Source: an uncultured Candidatus Saccharibacteria bacterium (lineage in GTDB: Bacteria; Patescibacteriota; Minisyncoccia; Phycocordibacterales; UBA918). From it: 58,322 nucleotides of DNA. Below are positions 52,578 through 58,322 of the stretch, piece after piece. The stretch is taken from NCBI GenBank assembly GCA_964601615.1, contig CAZRNZ010000001.1:251968-310289 (forward strand), in the 5' to 3' direction. Made by a program: the position numbers and the translations under genes. The notes under the pieces were generated by a model, which did not search any database, had not been told where the DNA came from, and was given only the letters and a program-made list of their open reading frames with translations. Numbering within the stretch: position 1 is the first letter of the stretch; every line of letters begins with the position of its first letter.

Positions 52578-52786
52578 CCTTTAGTTTGCGGCGGATCCCG
52601 GCATTTTGGCGGAACCTTTCTGCAGAACAAGAAAGTGGGGCGACTGGTCGTGTACAAGCCAAGAAAACTTGACTGGCCCGTGGGGTCTAGGCAAAACAAG
52701 ACCAAATCATAACTGCCTGCAGAAAAGAAAAGAACCGAGATTCGGCCGAAGAGGTATCTGTACATTGACTCCTCCCTCCGATTCGA
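52548..52786 (-). ncRNA. Candidate structured RNA of about 240 nt (unclassified sRNA or serS leader/attenuator)
   Basis: The stretch is ORF-free and GC-enriched. It lies between a minus-strand TTGACA-N16-TGaTAATGT promoter (52793-52820) and a hairpin plus U-tract terminator (52546-52577). An internal 11-bp helix (52717-52727 with 52615-52625) and alternative pairings involve the terminator 5' arm. No family is assigned. Confidence 0.45.
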
Positions 52787-52792
52787 CTCACT

Positions 52793-52820
52793 ACATTATC
52801 AACAAAATTATTTTTGTCAA
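52793..52820 (-). promoter_or_regulatory. Sigma70-like promoter driving the candidate RNA/serS leader
   Basis: On the minus strand, TTGACA (complement of 52815-52820) is followed by a 16-nt spacer ending in TGa, then TAATGT (52798-52793). Confidence 0.5.
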
Positions 52821-52837
52821 AAAATTAAAGCGGTATT

Positions 52838-53710
52838 ATGAAAGTAATGTACTTTCCTATTCAACAATTAGCCAAAGATTCTTTCCCTCGTCGACTTCTC
52901 GAAATTCCAACTCCACCTAAAACCCTCAATTATCGTGGTCAATTACCAGATGAAGAAATAAAACTTCTATCAGTAGTTGGTTCTCGTAAATATACAAATT
53001 ACGGTAAACAGGTAGTTGATTATCTAGTTGGTGGTCTGCGTGGATATAATATAGGTATAGTTTCTGGTTTGGCTCTAGGAATAGATTCGCTTGCTCACCA
53101 AACTGCACTAGAAAATAATATCTATACACTCGCAATTCCTGGCAGTGGCTTAGCCGATGATTCTATCTACCCCAGTAGCCACAAGAAATTGGCCAAGAAT
53201 ATTCTAGAATCTGGCGGCGGATTACTATCAGAGTTTGAACCAGATTTTAAAGCCACCAAATGGTCTTTTCCGCAAAGAAATCGGCTAGTGTGTGGCATAT
53301 CACACGCAACATTAATAATTGAAGCAGCTGAACAAAGTGGTTCACTTATTACCGCCAAGCTTTGTGCCGATTATAATCGTGAGTTATTAGTAGTCCCAGG
53401 AAGTATTTTTTCTGACAACTCTAAAGGGGTTCATCAATTTCTCAAACTCGGCGCAATCCCGGTAACAACTCCAGAAGATATTTTAGATGTCTTAAATATC
53501 AAACCCCGAGCAGGAATTGAAACTGCCAAGCAAGCTGAATTATCTCTAAATGAAAACAAGGTGATTGATATTCTTATTCAGCCAATCGAAAGAGACGAAT
53601 TGATTAGAAATATGAATCTACCTACTTCTGAGGCAGCGATCATTTTGATGCAAATGGAAATGAACGGACTAATAGTTGAACAAGGTGGAATATATCGGAA
53701 GAATATCTAA
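52838..53710 (+). CDS. dprA: DNA processing protein DprA (Smf)
   Basis: It has the Rossmann-like DprA core (VVGSRKYTNYGK.....IVSGLALGIDS.AH, FPQRNRL..G.S....IEA...SGSLITA) and a C-terminal winged helix. It lies upstream of topA, as in many bacteria. Confidence 0.92.
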   Translation: MKVMYFPIQQLAKDSFPRRLLEIPTPPKTLNYRGQLPDEEIKLLSVVGSRKYTNYGKQVVDYLVGGLRGYNIGIVSGLALGIDSLAHQTALENNIYTLAIPGSGLADDSIYPSSHKKLAKNILESGGGLLSEFEPDFKATKWSFPQRNRLVCGISHATLIIEAAEQSGSLITAKLCADYNRELLVVPGSIFSDNSKGVHQFLKLGAIPVTTPEDILDVLNIKPRAGIETAKQAELSLNENKVIDILIQPIERDELIRNMNLPTSEAAIILMQMEMNGLIVEQGGIYRKNI

Positions 53711-53725
53711 AGCATAGATAAATCG

Positions 53726-53746
53726 GGGTGCGGCTTCGCCGCGCCC
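53726..53746 (+). terminator. GC-rich hairpin after dprA, lacking a U-tract
   Basis: The hairpin gggtgcggc-ttc-gccgcgccc has a 9-bp stem including one G-T pair. It is followed by acaaccc, so it is not a canonical terminator. Confidence 0.35.
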
Positions 53747-53806
53747 ACAACCCAATTTCCCACTTCTTATTTTTGACTTTTTAACTTCTGTGGTATTTGT
53801 GTATCA

Positions 53807-56170
53807 ATGTCAAAAACATTAGTAATAGTTGAGTCACCCTCAAAAGCTAAAACAATTGCCAAATATCTTGGTAGCAATTTCGTCGTAAAATCATCAATTG
53901 GACACGTACGTGACCTACCGAAAAGTAACAAAGACGCCGTCGATATCGAAGGCGGATTTGTCCCTAGATATATAATTTCTCCAGGCAAAGAAAAGGTTAT
54001 TAATGACCTAAATAACGCTGCCAAAAAAGCTGATGCAGTCCTACTTGCATCCGACCCCGACCGCGAAGGAGAAGCTATTGCTTGGCATGTGGCAGAGCTA
54101 ATCAAAGACTCCAACAAAAAACTTAAAAGAATTGTTTTTCACGAAATTACTGAAGATGCTGTAAAAGAAGCTATTAAGCAACCACGCGACATAGATCTCA
54201 ACCTCAAAGAGGCACAAGAGGCTCGTCGTGTTCTCGATCGTTTGGTGGGCTATGACCTATCTGGTTTAATCTGGAAAAAAGTTCGCTACGGACTTTCAGC
54301 TGGCCGCGTACAATCTCCTGCTCTACGTATTCTAATGGAAAAAGAACGCGAAATCCGCGCTTTCATTCCAGAACAATATTTCGTTCTAACTGCACCAACC
54401 AAACTTCCTGGCAATAATGTCGTGCCTTTTGTTTGTGCCGAAGAGCCAGATAATCAAAAAGAAGCTGAGAGAATAAAATCTCTTGGTGAAAGTAATGACT
54501 GGATAATCAAAGATCTCAAAGAAACCGAACAAAAACGTCAACCACGTCCACCTTTTACCACCTCTACATTACAACAATCAGCATCAACTCGACTTGGTTT
54601 TTCACCATCTCGCACTATGCGTGCTGCTCAAAAACTTTATGAAGGCGGGCACATTACATATATGCGTACCGACTCCATGAATATGAGTAAGCAAGCAGTT
54701 GCTCAAATTCTCGCTATTCTACACAAAGAATATGGTGACAATTACGTACAACCTCGTACTTTCAAAACCCGCAGCAAATCTGCTCAAGAAGCTCACGAAG
54801 CTATTCGTCCAACTAATGCTGGTAAAAAAACCGCTGGTAATACTGGTGATGAAAAAGCTCTCTATGAATTAATCTGGCGTCGCACAGTTTCTTCTCAGAT
54901 GGCCGATGCAAGGGTTAAGCGCACTCGCATCACTACAAATCTTTCTGATACCAACAAAACCATTCCAGATTTTGCTGTAAATGGTTCACAAGTAATGTTT
55001 GATGGCTGGCTCAAAGTTGACTTTGCTTCTCGTGGTGAAGATACTGAAGTACCACAAGTAAAAGTTGGTGAAAAAGTTACCGTCAAAGAAGTACAAATTG
55101 AAGCCAAAGAAACTCTGCCGCCAAACCGCTATACAGAAGCTGGTTTGATTAAAGAACTTGAAAAACGCGGCATAGGAAGACCTTCTACTTACGCATCAAT
55201 CATGCAGACTTTGAACGACCGTGGATATGTAGAAAAACAAGGTCGCACACTAATTCCAACTGATACTGGTGATGTTGTTTCTACTTTCTTAGAAACTCAC
55301 TTCCCTGATTATATTTCTGATACTTTCACTAGTGAAATGGAAGATGAGCTAGATGAGATTGCCGAAGGAAAACGTTCCTACGAAAAAACTCTGAGTGATT
55401 TTTACAAACCTTTTCACAAGGAAGTCGAATCTAAAGAAGATATCGAAAAAGTTACTAATCTTGGTGATGCGCCAGAAGAATTTCCTTGTCCGATTTGTGG
55501 CAAAAAAATGGTTATTAAACTCGGTAAGAGTGGAAAGTTCCTTTCTTGTATGGACTTCCCTGACTGTACTGGCTCACGCTTAATTGATGGCTCTGAAGTA
55601 AAAGACGAAGAACCAATCGGTACTGACCCTGTATCAGGATTACCAGTATTTGTATTAAATGGTAAGTATGGTCCTTATGTGCAACTTGGAGAAATGCCTG
55701 ACAAAAAAGACAAGAAAGCACCAAAGCCAAGACGCGCGTCCCTGCCAAAAGGTAAGAAACCAGACACAGTTACTTTAGACGAAGCTCTACACTACCTTTC
55801 TCTTCCAAGAGAGCTGGGAATCCATCCAGAAACAAGTGAATCAATAATTGCCAACATCGGTCGCTTTGGGCCATACATCGGTCATGGCGCTGACTTCCGT
55901 TCCCTTAAAGCAAAAGACGGTGATGATCCTTACACAATCACTCTTGAAAGAGCCTTGGAGATTTTAAGTAAACCAAAAGGCACCCGCAAAGGTGAGACTC
56001 TAGTAAAAGAACTCGGTCCTCATCCGAAGACCAAAAAGCCAATCAATGTTCTGGAGTCCAAGTCTGGTAAATTCATTCGTCGTGGATTCAAACGAATCAT
56101 GTTACCCGACGATGTAGATATGGATAAATTTACTATTGAAGATGCAATTGTACTGATGAAGGTTGGGTAG
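53807..56170 (+). CDS. topA: DNA topoisomerase I
   Basis: It has TOPRIM (LVIVESPSKAKTI), the active-site region (ITYMRTDS), one C4 zinc ribbon (CPICGKKM....CMDFPDC) and a Lys-rich C-terminal domain. Confidence 0.96.
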   Translation: MSKTLVIVESPSKAKTIAKYLGSNFVVKSSIGHVRDLPKSNKDAVDIEGGFVPRYIISPGKEKVINDLNNAAKKADAVLLASDPDREGEAIAWHVAELIKDSNKKLKRIVFHEITEDAVKEAIKQPRDIDLNLKEAQEARRVLDRLVGYDLSGLIWKKVRYGLSAGRVQSPALRILMEKEREIRAFIPEQYFVLTAPTKLPGNNVVPFVCAEEPDNQKEAERIKSLGESNDWIIKDLKETEQKRQPRPPFTTSTLQQSASTRLGFSPSRTMRAAQKLYEGGHITYMRTDSMNMSKQAVAQILAILHKEYGDNYVQPRTFKTRSKSAQEAHEAIRPTNAGKKTAGNTGDEKALYELIWRRTVSSQMADARVKRTRITTNLSDTNKTIPDFAVNGSQVMFDGWLKVDFASRGEDTEVPQVKVGEKVTVKEVQIEAKETLPPNRYTEAGLIKELEKRGIGRPSTYASIMQTLNDRGYVEKQGRTLIPTDTGDVVSTFLETHFPDYISDTFTSEMEDELDEIAEGKRSYEKTLSDFYKPFHKEVESKEDIEKVTNLGDAPEEFPCPICGKKMVIKLGKSGKFLSCMDFPDCTGSRLIDGSEVKDEEPIGTDPVSGLPVFVLNGKYGPYVQLGEMPDKKDKKAPKPRRASLPKGKKPDTVTLDEALHYLSLPRELGIHPETSESIIANIGRFGPYIGHGADFRSLKAKDGDDPYTITLERALEILSKPKGTRKGETLVKELGPHPKTKKPINVLESKSGKFIRRGFKRIMLPDDVDMDKFTIEDAIVLMKVG

Positions 56171-56175
56171 ATAAA

Positions 56176-56217
56176 TAAAACAGGGGCGCGGCAAAGCCGC
56201 GCCCCTGTTTTATTTTT
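56176..56217 (+). terminator. Intrinsic terminator after topA
   Basis: The sequence is aaaa-caggggcgcggc-aaa-gccgcgcccctg-ttttattttt, with a 12-bp stem. Confidence 0.88.
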
Positions 56218-56225
56218 ACTTTTCT

Positions 56226-56255
56226 TTGACTTTCACCCCCATTTAAACGTACACT
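56226..56255 (+). promoter_or_regulatory. rel promoter (TTGACT-N18-TACACT), leaderless geometry
   Basis: The -10 TACACT at 56250-56255 lies 7 nt before the ATG at 56263. The TACACTTAT string matches the one upstream of both crp-like genes. Confidence 0.45.
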
Positions 56256-56262
56256 TATATTA

Positions 56263-57816
56263 ATGATAACAGTAAAAGACATAATCAAACATCTACAATA
56301 CCAAAATGAATCTGATAAGGTATTAGTAGAAAAAGCTTACGAAACCGCTAAGAAAGCTCATGATGGCTACAAGCGTTATTCTGGCGAGCCATACATTGAA
56401 CACGTCGCTGCTGTTGCACTCAAACTATCTGAAATGGGTATGGGGCCACGCACCATTGCTGCCGCTCTTTTGCACGACACAATTGAGGACACAGACCTTA
56501 GTCCAGAAGATATTCGTAATGAATTTGGCGAAGAAATTCTTTTCTTGGTAGAGGGTGTTACCAAACTTTCTTCTGTTCGTTACTATGGAACAGACCGTCA
56601 CAACGAATCACTTCGCAAGCTCTTTGTTGCGACCTCACAAGATATTCGTGTGCTTATAATCAAGCTTGTTGACCGTCTACACAACATGCAAACCCTTGAG
56701 CATGTTCCTGAAGAAAAACGCCTTCGTATTGCCAGAGAAACTCTCGAGATATACGTACCAGTGGCTCACCGCTTGGGAATGGGTCGTATTCGTAAAGAAC
56801 TTGAAGATCTAGCGTTTCCTTATGTCTATCCTGAAGAACATAAAAAAGTTCTCGAGATTCTTAAAACAAAAATTGATAAGTATGAAGACCGCTTGGAAAA
56901 AGAACGGAAAAATCTTCAAAAAAAGTTAGCAGAATCTGGCCTAAGAGATTTCTCCACCTCGTATCGTGTTAAAGGTCTTTATAGTCTTTTCCAGAAACTA
57001 AAAAGAAAAGAATGGGATATTGATCAAGTCTATGACTTGCTTGCAATGCGTGTTGTTTTACAAAACGTTGAAGACTGCTACAAAACACTTGGTGTTGTGC
57101 ACGAGACTTGGAGACCATTACCAAAGCGAGTAAAAGATTATATTGCTTTTCCAAAACCAAATGGCTATCAATCAATTCACACCACTGTAACCACTCGTAC
57201 TGGCACCTTGCTTGAAATTCAAATCCGTACCGAAAAAATGCATCATGAATCTGAATTCGGTATTGCGTCACATATCATATATAAAAATCAGCAAGCTAGC
57301 GGCCAGAGACACACACGCCAAGAAAATTGGTTTAGTAATCTTGTACCACCATTATTTAGACCATTTGCCTGGAAAAATGTTCAAAAAGAAGATTCTTCTG
57401 CCATAAGTAAAAATACTCATCCAAAAAACAAGATACCTCTTTGGATTAGTCAGATAGGTGAAATGTATGCTACCGAAGATTCTACTGGTGCAGAGTTTAT
57501 TGAAGATATGCAAAAAGATTTCTTTAAGCATCGTATCTTTGTTTTTACACCTCTAGGTGACGTTGTCGACTTACCTGTTGGTGCTTCACCAGTAGACTTT
57601 GCTTATGCCATTCACTCAGAAATTGGCGACAAGATGTCTGGTGCAAAAGTAAACAATAAGCTTGTATCACTAGATACAGAACTTAAGAACGGTGACATTG
57701 TAGAAATCGAGACAAGTAAAAACTCCAAACCAAGCCGAAAATGGATAGACTTTGCCGAGACCACAGTAGCAAAAAGACATATCAGAAGTGCTCTGGAAAA
57801 ACAAAAAGAAAATTAA
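56263..57816 (+). CDS. rel: RelA/SpoT homolog (HD hydrolase + (p)ppGpp synthetase + TGS domains), C-terminally short
   Basis: The HD domain (EHVAAVA....LLHDTIEDT), the synthetase domain (YRVKGLYSLFQKL, DLLAMRVV, NGYQSIHT) and TGS (IFVFTPLGDVVDLP.GASPVDFAYAIHSEIG) are present. It ends shortly after TGS with no ACT/RRM region. Confidence 0.9.
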   Translation: MITVKDIIKHLQYQNESDKVLVEKAYETAKKAHDGYKRYSGEPYIEHVAAVALKLSEMGMGPRTIAAALLHDTIEDTDLSPEDIRNEFGEEILFLVEGVTKLSSVRYYGTDRHNESLRKLFVATSQDIRVLIIKLVDRLHNMQTLEHVPEEKRLRIARETLEIYVPVAHRLGMGRIRKELEDLAFPYVYPEEHKKVLEILKTKIDKYEDRLEKERKNLQKKLAESGLRDFSTSYRVKGLYSLFQKLKRKEWDIDQVYDLLAMRVVLQNVEDCYKTLGVVHETWRPLPKRVKDYIAFPKPNGYQSIHTTVTTRTGTLLEIQIRTEKMHHESEFGIASHIIYKNQQASGQRHTRQENWFSNLVPPLFRPFAWKNVQKEDSSAISKNTHPKNKIPLWISQIGEMYATEDSTGAEFIEDMQKDFFKHRIFVFTPLGDVVDLPVGASPVDFAYAIHSEIGDKMSGAKVNNKLVSLDTELKNGDIVEIETSKNSKPSRKWIDFAETTVAKRHIRSALEKQKEN

Positions 57817-57819
57817 TAA

Positions 57820-57854
57820 CAAAAGAGCGCGGGCTTCGCCCGCGCTCTTTTTGT
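57820..57854. terminator. Bidirectional intrinsic terminator between rel (+) and the last gene (-)
   Basis: The sequence is aaaa-gagcgcgggc-ttc-gcccgcgctc-tttttgttt. The 19-nt core is identical to the one at 26696-26714. Confidence 0.88.
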
Positions 57855-57880
57855 TTCGTCACAATGTTCAACACTGTAAA

Positions 57881-58312
57881 TTACCCTGCTGTCTCCACTG
57901 GAGTTTCTGTCTCTGGTATTTCAGGTTCTGTTGGTTCAATTATTTCTTCGGCAGAAGGCTCTGGAGTTTCTACGACTTCAAACTCACAAGATTCATCATC
58001 TTTATTTGCTAAATCATTGTAATTAATAGCACCTACATCTGTACAACCCAGGACTTCACCATTACTACTACCATTTTCATTATTGCTGCCAGTAGTATTT
58101 GTTGTTGACGAAGAATTCACATTATTAGAATTATTGATATCTTCAACCTTATCTACGATATCTAAGTAAGCATCCTTAAGTTTTCTAATATCATCTGCGG
58201 TCAAACATTCCTCATCGACACAAATCATATCATTAGCCCTAAATACAGATGCGAACATAGTCTCTACACCATTCGCCCTATCCCCCAACCACACACCAAC
58301 CTTAGCGAACAA
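57881..58312 (-). CDS. Hypothetical protein with an Asn/Ser/Thr-rich and acidic C-terminal half (the N-terminus may lie beyond the window)
   Basis: The ORF runs to within 10 nt of the window end. It has a low-complexity NNSNNVNSSSTTNTTGSNNENGSSNG segment and an acidic Pro/Glu tail. I recognise no domain. Confidence 0.4.
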   Translation of the reverse strand: MFAKVGVWLGDRANGVETMFASVFRANDMICVDEECLTADDIRKLKDAYLDIVDKVEDINNSNNVNSSSTTNTTGSNNENGSSNGEVLGCTDVGAINYNDLANKDDESCEFEVVETPEPSAEEIIEPTEPEIPETETPVETAG

Positions 58313-58322
58313 TCCATTAAGG

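Noticed and set aside
52548-52786. Assignment of the serS-dprA spacer RNA to T-box, RNase P, SRP (4.5S), tmRNA or 6S RNA.
   Set aside because: By eye I could not find the T-box AGGGUGGUACCGCG element or a UGGN bulge. The RNase P GGAAAGUCC/ACAGAA..GGCUUA strands and the SRP GGUCC-GGAA-GGAAGCAGC motif are also missing. There is no tRNA-like 3' domain, and the length (~240 nt) is short for RNase P or tmRNA. 6S cannot be excluded without a covariance-model search.
52438-52920. ORFs 52438..52662(-), 52523..52765(-) and 52606..52920(+) in the spacer.
   Set aside because: They run through the terminator hairpin and promoter elements, overlap each other and neighbouring genes, and give Cys/Arg/Pro-rich implausible peptides.
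1-58322. Alternative genetic code (UGA recoding, as in some CPR lineages).
   Set aside because: Long conserved genes (groEL, topA, serS, rnj) read through uninterrupted with the standard code. TGA functions as a stop, for example in the ATGA overlaps at 14717-14720 and 44265-44268.

Overview
The window is a contiguous, densely coded, AT-rich chromosomal segment. Hand counts give roughly 35-40% GC, with a few local islands near 50%. It looks like a small-genome bacterium. The gene content, the DUF5652-type and Gmad2-type small proteins, the giant surface proteins and the near absence of Shine-Dalgarno sequences fit a Candidate Phyla Radiation (Patescibacteria/Parcubacteria-like) organism, but that assignment is an inference.

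The standard genetic code fits, because TGA is used as a stop. I found no rRNA, CRISPR array, transposase or integrase.

Housekeeping genes I recognise:
- lemA, a mazG-like gene and htpX
- groES and groEL
- secG
- RNase J
- tRNA-Gln(CUG)
- a short dnaX
- dus
- an ftsQ-like gene
- serS
- dprA and topA
- a Rel/SpoT homolog

Accessory content that stands out:
1. A 13.4 kb island (29.3-42.8 kb) holds three giant secreted proteins with peptidoglycan-binding tails. Their modules are GLUG repeats, LamG/Calx-beta/cadherin/Ig repeats, and a canonical EPN/WND C-type lectin plus a beta-helix. Two paralogous 220-aa Crp/FNR-family regulators are interleaved with them and share a conserved divergent-promoter and palindrome design.
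2. A putative operon encodes DsbA, a cyanophycin-synthetase M-domain-like Mur ligase, an ATP-grasp ligase and a YHYH-like secreted protein.
3. The serS-dprA spacer is a 386-bp ORF-free, GC-rich region. It carries a consensus-like promoter, long-range complementary segments and an intrinsic terminator, so it may be an unclassified RNA of about 240 nt or a serS leader.
4. A CooC-like ATPase sits next to a COG0523 GTPase metallochaperone, with an upstream palindrome.
5. GC-rich hairpin terminators punctuate most transcription units.

All coordinates for domains, repeats and RNA elements come from hand alignment and are approximate.
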